Below are positions 1 through 9,403 of a stretch of DNA of 40,775 bases, one piece after another. Every line of letters starts with the position of its first letter. Positions within the stretch are counted from its first letter, which is position 1. The notes beneath the pieces are model-generated. The model was not told where the DNA came from. It was given only the letters and a program-made list of their open reading frames with translations, and ran no database searches. The position numbers were made by a program, and so were the translations under genes. The DNA is from an uncultured virus (IMG/VR IMGVR_UViG_2049941000_000903) (taxonomy: Duplodnaviria > Heunggongvirae > Uroviricota > Caudoviricetes): the IMG/VR virus record IMGVR_UViG_2049941000_000903; one strand, 5' to 3'.

Positions 1-553
1 ATGATGGCGACCGCTTCTCCAAGATGTTCAACATGTTCATCAGGAATAAGATGCATCTTCTTCCCCAGCCGAAGAACATGCTTCTTGATGACTGGACAAA
101 GGAAAGGCCTGTTCTNNNNNNNNNNCACACAGGGATACGTGTCGTGGAAGCTTCCCAAGAAGACCAGCATTATCCTGACTTCCAACCCGGATAACGGACA
201 GTATAATGTGAATTCCATGGATGCTGCCCAGAGAACACGATTCCTTACCTTCAANNNNNNNNNNTGAAGAGGCTCTGTATGATTCCACCGGACAGTATCG
301 TCCAGACATCGCAAGCTTGCTCGAGAGGCGTTTCGTCAACTATGTGGCAGCGTGGCTCAAGTCAGAGGATAAGACCCCTATCGCCAAGGTAGAGAAGAGA
401 ATCATTGATTTCCTTGACGCAGACAAGAAAGGCGGAAAGGTTCTGTTTAACAAGGACCTGTTTTATCACATGATTAAGGAGATTATCTCCGACAACAAGC
501 GCCAGACCTATAAGCTGATGTCCAATCCCAAGATTGCTAATGTAGTATCCTAA
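1..553 (+). CDS. MoxR-like AAA+ ATPase, crAss-like; three fragments scaffolded out of order
   Basis: 126-254 reads YVSWKLPKKTSIILTSNPDNGQYNVNSMDAAQRTRF (sensor I / Arg-finger region). 1-115 in frame 3 reads FSKMFNMFIRNKMHLLPQPKNMLLDDW. 265-553 gives the C-terminus YRPDIASLLERRF...KLMSNPKI. Likely true order is 126-254, 1-115, 265-553. Confidence 0.7.
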
Positions 554-1620
554 TGGTTCAGTTTTTTACTCCAACATATTTGGAGACTTGTACCTATGAG
601 GTGGATTATCGTGGAAACCCACGTATTTCCAGTAACTATTCCGTAGATAAGACCTTGTACAGGGGTAAATACCTTGTATCAGGTCTTGCCTATGGTCCAT
701 CCCACGGAATAGCAAACCCTGCAGATTCTGCGGACATGCTCAACAGCTACGAGAGGATAGCATCTTCAAAATTTCCGTTTGTGTATGTATCTCCAGAATG
801 CAGAACTTCCAGGGATACCTTGAGAAACAGCGGATTCCATATTGTCAGGAACATGGATAATGCAAGTTTTGTCCTGCTTCCTGACATGAAAGAGTTGGCA
901 TCGTTCTCCTTTAACGTGGGTATTGTTACACCTATGGAGCGTATCTACCTCTTTACTCTTTCAAATGAACTCTATGAGAACTTGAAGCCTGAAGATTACA
1001 ACGTGATTCTGGATAATATCCATAACATGAAGTTCAGCAGCTGGCAAAAATCTGACTTGCAGTTTATCAATGAAGCCGACCTTCATACGCAGGATATGTA
1101 TTCCATATTCAAGTGTCCTGACTACAAGTTGCTGTGGGAAAAGTCTGATACAGATAGAAAGTTCGGCTTTGAGAAGGATGTAGCTCTTGTACCAAGCATA
1201 GAGGTAACTCCAGAACTGTTTTCAGTATGGAGCAAGTGTAAGGATTATCATGTAGTTGCCTGTGCTCTTGCCCAATGTGACTATAATAAGTATCCTATTA
1301 CACTTGCGTATTATCTGTGGCAGCATAAATGCAACATAAGGCATTATGTAAATGACTCACAGAAATATATACTGAAACAGATAGGATTCTTTGACCTGTG
1401 CGATAAAGGAGGTACATACAATCGCGTAGTGGAACCTGACGATTGGAACATGCTGCAGAAATGCAAGTTGTATGATCTTGGTCTTCCCGAAACAGGTGGT
1501 TTGATTAAGGGCCATTCCGCTAACGTGTCTGATATTCCATCTCGCATCCAGGTGAAGCCGTATTACATCTCTGAACCCACTAACTTCAATGTTCTGATAA
1601 ACGCTGCAAATAATATGTAA
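553..1620 (+). CDS. Hypothetical protein, 355 aa, with possible BRCT-like segment
   Basis: Clean ORF coupled to the ATPase by a TAATG overlap. Segment VYVSPECRTSRDTLRNSGFHIVRNMDNASFVLLP resembles a BRCT-type motif and a segment of 20559..21581. Confidence 0.75.
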   Translation: MVQFFTPTYLETCTYEVDYRGNPRISSNYSVDKTLYRGKYLVSGLAYGPSHGIANPADSADMLNSYERIASSKFPFVYVSPECRTSRDTLRNSGFHIVRNMDNASFVLLPDMKELASFSFNVGIVTPMERIYLFTLSNELYENLKPEDYNVILDNIHNMKFSSWQKSDLQFINEADLHTQDMYSIFKCPDYKLLWEKSDTDRKFGFEKDVALVPSIEVTPELFSVWSKCKDYHVVACALAQCDYNKYPITLAYYLWQHKCNIRHYVNDSQKYILKQIGFFDLCDKGGTYNRVVEPDDWNMLQKCKLYDLGLPETGGLIKGHSANVSDIPSRIQVKPYYISEPTNFNVLINAANNM

Positions 1621-1637
1621 AATATTTTTTGCTGGGT

Positions 1638-1669
1638 ATTGCAGATTTATAACATTTTTGTTACATTTG
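1638..1669 (+). promoter_or_regulatory. Bacteroidetes sigma-A type promoter
   Basis: TACATTTG at 1662-1669 matches TAnnTTTG, with TTG about 20 nt upstream. Lies in an intergenic region before the nuclease gene. Confidence 0.6.
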
Positions 1670-1710
1670 CTGTAGGTGAATCACTTATGGCAAATGTATT
1701 TTTTATAGAT

Positions 1711-1865
1711 AAAGGGAAAAGGCAGTCGTTCTGTTGTCCGACAAGAGAACATAAGGCGTTCTGCCACTAACTAATTGCTTATAGCACATACCATATTCAG
1801 GGAAACTTACTCAATACACTTTCTATTTCAATGCTTGATTCAGTTCTCTAAAACCTTTTCCCTTT
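1711..1865 (+). ncRNA. Putative structured leader RNA: 12-bp closing stem around about 130 nt
   Basis: AAAGGGAAAAGG (1711-1722) is the exact reverse complement of CCTTTTCCCTTT (1854-1865). Followed by TTTTAAC and the next ATG. Confidence 0.45.
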
Positions 1866-1884
1866 TCTTTTAACACATTAACAG

Positions 1885-2232
1885 ATGAAATCCCTTAAAG
1901 ACTACTCGCTAAAGCTTACCGAAGAGCAGTACCATGCTTATCCTGCGTGGTCGTATTCTACCATATCAAGATATGCCAAGGAGGGATTCTCCTCCATAGC
2001 AACTATACATGAGAGCGTAACTCCCACACCTTCAATGGAATTCGGCTCTCTGTTTGACTGCCTTATCACCGACGCTGACCATGTTAGTGACAGGTATGTA
2101 GTTTTGGATACAGTACCTCCACCGGCAGAGAAGAATGTCCTGGATACTCTTTCCAAGATGACTGACAAGTCCTTTGATTTGGTTCCTGATGCTACGATAC
2201 AGGAGGCAATTGCACAGTGCAGTTACCAAGGC
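1885..2232 (+). CDS. PD-(D/E)XK exonuclease (RecE/ExoVIII-like, crAss-type), N-terminal part
   Basis: Motifs YHAYPAWSYSTI and TPSMEFGSLFDCLIT. The last ~90 nt overlap 19790-19881 with a few SNPs, so the gene continues at 19789..20559. Confidence 0.75.
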
Positions 2233-2242
2233 NNNNNNNNNN

Positions 2243-2413
2243 AAAAGCCGTCATTGGAAACCCAGCGAGGAGCAGATGAACGCTCTGAACTTCGCAATCA
2301 CCTACTTTATGCACGAAACCAGTTACAAGAATCCAACGGAACTTCGTGACCTCTACAATGACCTCTTGAAACTGAAAGGGGGTGTTGCTCCTATGAGGGA
2401 TATTGATGAATAA
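2243..2413 (+). CDS. C-terminal fragment of the modular ESEDERIRKE/WKPSEEQ family protein
   Basis: HWKPSEEQMNAL...LRDLYNDLLKL has the same terminal module as 31125..31985 and 32943..33998. Confidence 0.65.
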   Translation, partial: KSRHWKPSEEQMNALNFAITYFMHETSYKNPTELRDLYNDLLKLKGGVAPMRDIDE

Positions 2414-2495
2414 AACTGATAGGGTGCGTGGTATGTGGATTACCCNNNNNNNNNNACGGTTGCTTCTATGAGATTAAAGCAGAGGAGGATGAGAA

Positions 2496-2639
2496 ATGAA
2501 ATCAAACGAACTGACTTGGGAGGATATAATGACCATTGATATTATTATCCATAACTTACCAGAAGGCAACCACTCTATTAAGGGTTTTTACACGGAAGTG
2601 TTGCGAAGATTTAACGAAGCAAAGGAGGAGAAAAAATGA
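2496..2639 (+). CDS. Small hypothetical protein (47 aa, MKSNELTWEDI...EAKEEKK)
   Basis: Read manually. ATGA overlaps at both ends. Confidence 0.65.
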   Translation: MKSNELTWEDIMTIDIIIHNLPEGNHSIKGFYTEVLRRFNEAKEEKK

Positions 2640-2767
2640 TAGAACGAATTTGTACATCCAACCCCATTATTATTGAGTTGGTACAGAAGATTAACGAACT
2701 CACCGACCAAGTAAACACACCCACCGCCGACGTGCAGATGCTACTTCAAAAGGAGGAACAGAAATGA
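2636..2767 (+). CDS. Small hypothetical protein (43 aa, MIERICTSNP...QKEEQK)
   Basis: Read manually. ATGA overlaps at both ends. Confidence 0.6.
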   Translation: MIERICTSNPIIIELVQKINELTDQVNTPTADVQMLLQKEEQK

Positions 2768-2865
2768 TGTGGGAATACGTCGGCACACTGCTATTCGGAG
2801 TGATAGCGTTCGTGCTTGGATATAAGTTCGGAAGATTAAAGAAACAAAGAGATGACCGCACTTGA
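2764..2865 (+). CDS. Small single-pass membrane peptide MMWEYVGTLLFGVIAF, copy 1
   Basis: Hydrophobic helix plus basic tail. Near-identical copies at 35181 and 40590. Confidence 0.7.
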   Translation: MMWEYVGTLLFGVIAFVLGYKFGRLKKQRDDRT

Positions 2866-3451
2866 CATAGTGGACATATACATCGCCACACTCGGACTGA
2901 AAAGACTCAAGGGCGAAAGGGCATCACCCATACTCCCCTTCTTCATCCTTGACGCGATGTACGACATCCTTACCAAAGACATAGCACCCGTGCCCGTAAA
3001 GGGAATCACCAAGAAGGCTCTCAACGAGTGGATGCACAACTACGGACTGTTCAACCGTTCGTTCTTCCGTGCTTTCACCCAAGACCAACAAGACGAAGTG
3101 ATAGACATTATGGATGCCTTCGAGAAGCATATCGGAAACGACTTGACCGTGACGAAGGTTGCCGTGATGAACCAACTCGCCAAGCACGGCATAGAGTTCG
3201 AGGGGCAGAAAATCCTCGCATCGGCGGTGGTCGCAAACATATTGGCACAACAGGCGGGCATCATTTGGGAAGAGGTGTTCAAGAAATCCAACCGTTACTT
3301 GTCCGCGATAGAGTTGCACTCGAAGCGGTGGATGCAGGGCTATTTCCTGCAACACTTCCCAGGGCACGTCAACCCCAATGACGACGAGAGCATCTGCCTC
3401 GCCGTTGACATCCTATGTAAGAAGATAATCCATTTCCTTGACAAGATATGA
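2852..3451 (+). CDS. Hypothetical protein, 199 aa
   Basis: Clean ORF in an operon with overlapping neighbours. Confidence 0.8.
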   Translation: MTALDIVDIYIATLGLKRLKGERASPILPFFILDAMYDILTKDIAPVPVKGITKKALNEWMHNYGLFNRSFFRAFTQDQQDEVIDIMDAFEKHIGNDLTVTKVAVMNQLAKHGIEFEGQKILASAVVANILAQQAGIIWEEVFKKSNRYLSAIELHSKRWMQGYFLQHFPGHVNPNDDESICLAVDILCKKIIHFLDKI

Positions 3452-4008
3452 AAAAGTACCTACCAATCATCCTCGGACTCCTGACGGGACTGCTAATCTA
3501 CGGGGCATACCACAAGGGTTACAAGAAGGGCATTTCCAAAGCCGTAGAGACGATTATAACGCAAATTGACACCGTTGTAAGGGTGGACACGATAACCGCC
3601 GTAAAACCCGTCTATTTGACGCAAAGGGTGGTTGACTCCATACCTTACTACATCCACGTTGCCGACACCATCTCCGTGCTTGCGTACTTGCCACGGACGG
3701 AACGAACCTACAAGGATTCGGCATACTTTGTACGCATCGCAGGGGTAGAGCCGACCTTGGAAGAAATATCCGTCTATCAAAAGACCAACTACATCCACGA
3801 GGTTACTTACATACCGCAAGAGGACACGCGAAAAGAGTTCGTAGAGCTTGATGCAAAGTTCCTGTGGGACAAAGTACCGACCGCACCCGTAACGCTCAAT
3901 ATAGGGCATTTCTATGGCCCTCTCGCGGTATATGCAGGAGGTGGATACGATTTCTTGCAACGGAGTCCGATTGTCCAAGTGGGAACGAGAGTACAGTTCA
4001 AATTTTAA
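3448..4008 (+). CDS. Membrane-anchored protein, candidate spanin-like lysis accessory
   Basis: N-terminal TM helix, DT-rich spacer (DTVVRVDTI) and amphipathic C-terminal beta-strands ending VQFKF. Confidence 0.55.
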   Translation: MKKYLPIILGLLTGLLIYGAYHKGYKKGISKAVETIITQIDTVVRVDTITAVKPVYLTQRVVDSIPYYIHVADTISVLAYLPRTERTYKDSAYFVRIAGVEPTLEEISVYQKTNYIHEVTYIPQEDTRKEFVELDAKFLWDKVPTAPVTLNIGHFYGPLAVYAGGGYDFLQRSPIVQVGTRVQFKF

Positions 4009-4034
4009 CCTTCCAAAAGTTATCAACAAAGTTG

Positions 4035-4042
4035 TATCTTTG
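4035..4042 (+). promoter_or_regulatory. Bacteroidetes -7 promoter box for the HNH-recombinase unit
   Basis: TATCTTTG in an intergenic region, followed by a stem (AGAGCAGGA 4076-4084 / TCCTGCTCT 4131-4139). Confidence 0.5.
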
Positions 4043-4173
4043 TTGTGAAATCTTGCGATTATGTTGTAACTTTATAGAGCAGGATAGTTGTGGTCGGCCA
4101 CCACGACAACAAAGGTAAGCCATTAGCCCTTCCTGCTCTTCTTTTTAATGGCACAACATAAAATAATGGCAAG

Positions 4174-4731
4174 ATGGAAGAAATCTGGAAGCCAGTCCCT
4201 ATTGACGGACTGTGCAAAAGGTACGAGGTGTCCAACCTCGGAAGAATCAGGAGGCTCCCGTATGCGGTGGTCTCACACAATCAACACGGAGAACACATCC
4301 GTAATCTCCCTTTAAGGATTCTCAAACTACACAAGCAAGAGAAGGGCTATGTGACATTCGGCGTAACCCTGCCGTCCGGGAAGTTTAAGGTTTATCGTGT
4401 ACATCGCCTTGTAGCGATGGCCTTCATTCCTAATCCCAAAAATCTCCCACATATCGACCACATTGATGCGGTAAGAGACAATAATGTTGTCTCCAACCTT
4501 CAATGGTGCACGATGCTTGAGAATAACCGAAACCCCATCACAAGAGCAAGGCGGAGCGAAACCTTGAAAGTTGTTACCGTAGGAAGGAAACACTCCGAGG
4601 AAACGAAGCGAAAGATTGCACAAAGCAGATTGGGTCGCAAAATGCCCCAATGGGTAAAGGATAAGATAAGCGCATCCAAAAGGGGTAAGCATAATCCGTT
4701 GAAGCGGACAATAAACAGAGAGGAGGAATAG
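4174..4731 (+). CDS. NUMOD4-HNH homing endonuclease with NUMOD3-like tail
   Basis: EIWKPV...YEVSNLGRIR (NUMOD4), VHRLVAMAFIPNP...IDHIDAVRDNNVVSNLQW (HNH), GRKHSEETKRKI (NUMOD3). Confidence 0.92.
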   Translation: MEEIWKPVPIDGLCKRYEVSNLGRIRRLPYAVVSHNQHGEHIRNLPLRILKLHKQEKGYVTFGVTLPSGKFKVYRVHRLVAMAFIPNPKNLPHIDHIDAVRDNNVVSNLQWCTMLENNRNPITRARRSETLKVVTVGRKHSEETKRKIAQSRLGRKMPQWVKDKISASKRGKHNPLKRTINREEE

Positions 4732-4733
4732 TT

Positions 4734-5735
4734 ATGGAAGCACATAAGCTCAATTTCAATACATCGGAGAATATCGCTGGTTTTAGGGCATACCTTGAAC
4801 ATTCACTCCGCGACCCGTTCACCCTTAATCTCAAGGACTGTACGCTCATAGAGGTCATACGCGCTTGCACGAAGGCAAAGTCCACCATAAGGCCAAAGTA
4901 TGCCGAGGGGACTCAATCGCTTATCTACAACTTGGAACTCTTGCAGTCACAATACCACATCGTCCTCTATCCCGTGCAAGTGACGGATGTATTTTGGGGA
5001 TATTTCATCGCCTTTCTACAAGACCGTGGGCTTCGTGCCACATCCATCGCAACGCTCTGCTCCAAGCTGCGCTCTGTCCTTAATTGGGCGGTAAAGTACA
5101 ATGCTACTGTCTCCCCTACTTATTCGGACATTCTTATTCCTTCAACACGCCACCAAGGAGTAGCACTAACCGCCGACGAGGTTAGTAGGATAACATACTT
5201 TGATGTGGAGAGGTTCTATCGTGGAAGGCGTAGCGATTTCCGTGACACAATGAATAATATCCGAAACTTGTTCGTGCTGTCTTGCAACCTGGGGCAACGC
5301 TACTCCGACTGCGTTCGCATAGAGCCTACTTGTTTCGAGAGAAATATCTTCAGCATTGTCCAACAAAAGACAGGAAACAGAGCAGTTGTCAATATTGATA
5401 AACTCGCCATAGAGCCGAAAACAACTTATCGTATCTTGGAGCAATACGGATATAATGCCCCATTCAAGGGTACTATCGGCAACTATAATTTCTACCTCCA
5501 TCAGTTGATGAAAGACATCGGTCTTACCGATATGGTACGAGAGGAGGAAAAGATAGGAGGCAAGATTGTGACTCGCGTTGTTCCAAAGTACGAAAGGATT
5601 TCGAGCCACGTTGGAAGAAGGTCGTTCGTCAGCATAAATGTACTTCGCGGGCGGAACATAATGGATATACGAAGAGCAACGGCACACACGGATACACGAG
5701 CCTTCCAAGGCTATGTTGTTGACTTGGAAAACTAA
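4734..5735 (+). CDS. Tyrosine site-specific recombinase (Bacteroidetes type, no obvious arm-binding domain)
   Basis: Catalytic signatures GQRYSD, QQKTG, SSHVGRRSF and AHT...FQGY. SAM-like core-binding region upstream. Confidence 0.88.
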   Translation: MEAHKLNFNTSENIAGFRAYLEHSLRDPFTLNLKDCTLIEVIRACTKAKSTIRPKYAEGTQSLIYNLELLQSQYHIVLYPVQVTDVFWGYFIAFLQDRGLRATSIATLCSKLRSVLNWAVKYNATVSPTYSDILIPSTRHQGVALTADEVSRITYFDVERFYRGRRSDFRDTMNNIRNLFVLSCNLGQRYSDCVRIEPTCFERNIFSIVQQKTGNRAVVNIDKLAIEPKTTYRILEQYGYNAPFKGTIGNYNFYLHQLMKDIGLTDMVREEEKIGGKIVTRVVPKYERISSHVGRRSFVSINVLRGRNIMDIRRATAHTDTRAFQGYVVDLEN

Positions 5736-5768
5736 AAGGGTGGGGACTTAAATCCTCACCCTTTTTTT
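5734..5768. terminator. Bidirectional intrinsic terminator between convergent genes
   Basis: AAAAGGGTGGGGA-loop-TCCTCACCCTTTTTTT. Confidence 0.8.
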
Positions 5769-5830
5769 ATCTATCGTTACTAAATCGTTTCAAGTAACTA
5801 CTACACTTATGGGTTAAAATGACTAACTTA

Positions 5831-7813
5831 TTAGGAAGCCGGATTGAGCCTCATTATGTATCGTCCGACGACATCGTAACGGTTGTCCTTTGCGGCGATT
5901 GAGTTGTCGTTGAAGATAGTGAAGTAACCCTTGTTCCCAGACTTGAAAGCGGACTTTGTCAGTCCTGTGGCACAGAGTTCGCGTTTGCCGAGGTCTATGG
6001 ACGTTTCCAGCCACATCTCGATATGGGTTGCTCCGTCCGCAATCATACCACAAGCGGAATCGTTGCCGGACTCGGTTTCGTCCACATCTCTATTGGTCGC
6101 ACCGACATAACGCCACGAGGTAGTAAGACCGGAACTTATGCCTGTCATTTGGTATCCGTAGAACAACCTGAATTTTACATCCTCCAACGGAATCAATGTT
6201 GTTCTCGCCTTCCACTCCGCGCCGTCGAATGTCAGCACGATGTCCTCGCGCAGAATCTCGCGGCCTGTGCCGTCCGATTTGCGGGTGTTATACCCTTGGA
6301 CGTAATTTGTCCAAGAGAATCGTGCAAATCGTCCAACGCCGCCACCACTTGAAACGACCTTGCCGTCAATTTCTATTTTCAAGTTCTCCATCCTTGCGGT
6401 TGGAGTGGAGCCCGAAATGCCGTTGTCGTATTGGTGCGAGCCGCCCGTGAAGTTGTATGTATTCGGGTCATCACCGTCAATATTAGCGACTGCACCAATC
6501 TGGAATGGTGAGAACCAATCCGAAGTGGATGAATGTAGGCTTGAAATGCTGCTCGGCTTTATTTCCGAATCATACGGGAGTGTCCCCCAGGTGCGGAAGT
6601 CGAATAAATCATTCCCGCCACCGGGTGCGAGACCAATAACGAGGTCACGTCCCTCGGAAGGATAGGAAATATAGATTGTCGTGCCGCTGAATAAATATTT
6701 GAACGGAGGAAGCGGCTGGACTCTCGGAACATTTGCGTACAGGTCTTTGACAACGCCCGAAGCGAACAAGGCGAAAGTCAATTCGTATGTGTAAGAATCT
6801 GCCTTAAACAGCCAAAGGTAATTTATTGCGTCAGTCTTGACAAAATCGAACCAGACTCCGTTCCCTTTGTCGGCATAGGTCGAAACGATGCCCGTCTTGT
6901 TTCCTGAAGTTCCGTACACGTTGATGGCGGAAGGTGCTGACGTGCCAGCAAATTTCAGTTGTATCTTATACGTCCCTGCCGGAAGTCCCGTAATATCAAT
7001 AGACTCGTTTGTGCCGGTGTTGTTAATCGTATAAACCTGTGAAATACCATTTTTCGCGGATTGGAGCATATCTGCGGCGATAAGTTCCGACCTTTGCGCT
7101 ACGGTTGCGGCACTTGTAATTTCCACTAAACACGTTGCGGAGTTGCCTGTGGCGAATTGAATCGCCGCATCCACGTCGGATTCCGGGGTGTATGTATAAG
7201 TGGCTACGGCAAATGGTGATGCGATGCTTTTCTCCAATAAAGTTGTTGAACCGGAAGCGAGTTTGAAATAGATTGGACCTGTACCCGCAGGGCTGGAGGT
7301 TGTAATCTTGATTGTATAGACAACCCCCGCAAACATCTTTACCGTGTCGTAGGTGGGATAACCATAGCCGGAGACGGAGAACGATTTGGAATAGTGCAAA
7401 CCATCCATTTTTTGGTCTAACTGATTGAGTTCCTCTTTAGTCGCATAGTCGCTCAAGTCAATGGAGGTGTTGCCAAGATACAACCAAGAGTAGGTGCTAC
7501 CACTCACTTGCGTGATGTACTCGTCGAAGTGACCGTTGTTGTCATAGACCAAGTATGTCTTGTTCACGGTGGATGACGATGCCGCGAGAGTGCCCGTGTA
7601 GGTATTGCCGTCATAAGTGAATGTAACTCCTGCGGGGATGTTCGCCACCACTGGAGTGCTATTTCCATCCCACGCTACCACATACGAGGGTGCGGAGATA
7701 TTCGCCAATTTGCTTGCGAGAGTCACGCCATTGGAATCAACGACCGCCTTCTCGTGAGTCTGCGGGTAGAACTGCGCTCCCGAAGATTCTTTTAATGGAA
7801 TTATATTTGCCAT
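5831..7813 (-). CDS. Putative tail fibre / receptor-binding protein, 660 aa
   Basis: N-terminal FYPQTHEKAVVDSNGVTL motif, LSDYATKEELNQLDQK neck, beta-rich Ser/Thr/Gly C-terminal domains. Last gene of the tail cluster. Confidence 0.65.
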   Translation of the reverse strand: MANIIPLKESSGAQFYPQTHEKAVVDSNGVTLASKLANISAPSYVVAWDGNSTPVVANIPAGVTFTYDGNTYTGTLAASSSTVNKTYLVYDNNGHFDEYITQVSGSTYSWLYLGNTSIDLSDYATKEELNQLDQKMDGLHYSKSFSVSGYGYPTYDTVKMFAGVVYTIKITTSSPAGTGPIYFKLASGSTTLLEKSIASPFAVATYTYTPESDVDAAIQFATGNSATCLVEITSAATVAQRSELIAADMLQSAKNGISQVYTINNTGTNESIDITGLPAGTYKIQLKFAGTSAPSAINVYGTSGNKTGIVSTYADKGNGVWFDFVKTDAINYLWLFKADSYTYELTFALFASGVVKDLYANVPRVQPLPPFKYLFSGTTIYISYPSEGRDLVIGLAPGGGNDLFDFRTWGTLPYDSEIKPSSISSLHSSTSDWFSPFQIGAVANIDGDDPNTYNFTGGSHQYDNGISGSTPTARMENLKIEIDGKVVSSGGGVGRFARFSWTNYVQGYNTRKSDGTGREILREDIVLTFDGAEWKARTTLIPLEDVKFRLFYGYQMTGISSGLTTSWRYVGATNRDVDETESGNDSACGMIADGATHIEMWLETSIDLGKRELCATGLTKSAFKSGNKGYFTIFNDNSIAAKDNRYDVVGRYIMRLNPAS

Positions 7814-7826
7814 ATCCTCATTAGTT

Positions 7827-8012
7827 TTATACCGTTCCTATTGGCGTTCCGAGGTATGCCACTTGTGCCTTTCCCGCAACACCTATGTTATGCCTCGCTT
7901 GCTCCTTTTGCGTAGCCGTGAGGTCTTGCTCCACATAAAGCACGGCCTCCGTCTTGGTCTCACCACCCAACTCCGAAAGCGTGGGGCTATTTCCACCGTT
8001 GACTATCTTCAT
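7827..8012 (-). CDS. Small virion-associated protein
   Basis: VLYVEQDLTATQKEQARHNIG motif shared with the C-terminus of 18963..19619. Confidence 0.6.
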   Translation of the reverse strand: MKIVNGGNSPTLSELGGETKTEAVLYVEQDLTATQKEQARHNIGVAGKAQVAYLGTPIGTV

Positions 8013-8013
8013 A

Positions 8014-8790
8014 TCAATAAACGTATATCAATCTGTATGTCTGACTCGCAGCGAATGAGCCATTCCCTGCCGTGACGGTGAAAGTTCCGTTATTGTACGA
8101 CTTGCTTCCCGTGGTGTAGTAATACTCTCGCGCTGCGCGTGTTCCCGATGAGTTGTATCTGCAAGCGGTTGTGTACACGTTAGAGCCATCACCAATCACG
8201 CTTGAAACGAGGTATGTCGAGGTTGAAGAGTTCGTCAGGTAAGAGCCAGACGAGGACAATGACAACTGCACGGCAAACATCTTCGGTTGCCCCGACACCG
8301 TAAAAGCGAGTGACGAAGCGTTGCTTGAGCCAACCGTCTTTGTCGTGGTTGCCACCGTTGCAGATGCCCCCGTATAGTTTCCCGCCACGCCAAGGATAGA
8401 TACGCCATTCTTGATGTTTCCTGCCGTGATGTTGGCATCTATGGAGGAAGTCACTGCACCTACTGTAACCTTCGTGAGAAACTTTCCGCTTGTTGGCGTG
8501 ATGTCCTGCGATGAAGTCGAGGGAGTTGCGCTCTTCGTTTCGGTCTGGATCGCACTCACCGTAACTTGGCTCAAGCCGTCATACCCGTTATCCGCCGTGA
8601 TAGTCTGCTGACTTGTCGAAGGCGTTGCCGTCTTGCTCTGCAACGAGGGCGTTGTGGAGATGTTGCCGATGAGGGTGGCATAATCGTCATATCCACTCCC
8701 AGACGGTACGGTAACTCCCTTTGCCGCGATTGCCGATGCTATCGCCGCCGAGTCGTTCTGTAATCTCAATATCTCATCCGCTACCGACAT
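8014..8790 (-). CDS. Tail fibre-like protein, 258 aa
   Basis: AIASAIAAKGVTVP N-terminal motif, two KxATPSTSxQxIT repeats, IKNGVSILGVAG motif. Confidence 0.7.
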   Translation of the reverse strand: MSVADEILRLQNDSAAIASAIAAKGVTVPSGSGYDDYATLIGNISTTPSLQSKTATPSTSQQTITADNGYDGLSQVTVSAIQTETKSATPSTSSQDITPTSGKFLTKVTVGAVTSSIDANITAGNIKNGVSILGVAGNYTGASATVATTTKTVGSSNASSLAFTVSGQPKMFAVQLSLSSSGSYLTNSSTSTYLVSSVIGDGSNVYTTACRYNSSGTRAAREYYYTTGSKSYNNGTFTVTAGNGSFAASQTYRLIYVY

Positions 8791-8791
8791 A

Positions 8792-9118
8792 CTACAAAGC
8801 CGCTAAAAGTGTTTCTATATCTCCAAGCGCATTGCTGACTGCGGTGTCCACATAGTTCTCCGTGGCATACTCAACCGTGGATGCGGAATCTCCCGTGGGA
8901 GTGCCGAGGTACACCACCTTGTCGAACTCCGTCTTGATGACCTTGTTTTGTACGGCATTGGTGGATGACGATGACAACGCGGCGTCAACGGTGGGTGTCG
9001 CGCTTGCCGCTATCTGTGCAGGGGTGATGTATTGGGTGTCGGACACCACAATCTTCTCCGTCCCCGCCAACGAGGACTTCTGCGTCAACTGTCCTATGTC
9101 CTTATACGTTACCGCCAT
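8792..9118 (-). CDS. Small tail-associated protein
   Basis: VDAALSSSSTNAVQNKVI motif typical of phage fibre proteins. Operon context. Confidence 0.65.
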   Translation of the reverse strand: MAVTYKDIGQLTQKSSLAGTEKIVVSDTQYITPAQIAASATPTVDAALSSSSTNAVQNKVIKTEFDKVVYLGTPTGDSASTVEYATENYVDTAVSNALGDIETLLAAL

Positions 9119-9130
9119 ATCATTTCGCTA

Positions 9131-9403
9131 TTACTCATAACCAACCGCGACCTCGTTGCTCGTCATAGCCGTGTTGTTGAAAGTTATGATAGTTATATCC
9201 TTGCCACTTTGGTTCACCGTGAGGGTCTTGGTGATGGTAGTTCCACCCGCACTCGCGGAAAAAGTTATGTCCTTTGTCCTTTCAACATACCCCGTGTGGG
9301 CATCGGAGGTGACTTGTACCGTCTGATTACCCGATGCCGAGGAGTAGGTCAGGTAGATATTCTCACCCGACCCATCTCCCCAAGGTATCGTGGTAGTTGC
9401 CAT
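9131..9403 (-). CDS. BACON-like Ig-fold virion protein
   Basis: GNQTVQVTSDAHTG..ERT..ITF...LTVNQSG pattern. Confidence 0.6.
   Translation of the reverse strand: MATTTIPWGDGSGENIYLTYSSASGNQTVQVTSDAHTGYVERTKDITFSASAGGTTITKTLTVNQSGKDITIITFNNTAMTSNEVAVGYE

Noticed and set aside
2457..2865. CRISPR-like or attC-like array formed by the recurring linkers
   Set aside because: The repeats are degenerate, non-palindromic, lie in coding sequence and are spaced by whole genes of variable length. No cas or integron integrase motif is present.
5769..5830. Possible dif-like site after the recombinase (TTATGGGTTAAAAT)
   Set aside because: Only a loose match to the XerD arm, with no matching partner arm at the right spacing.
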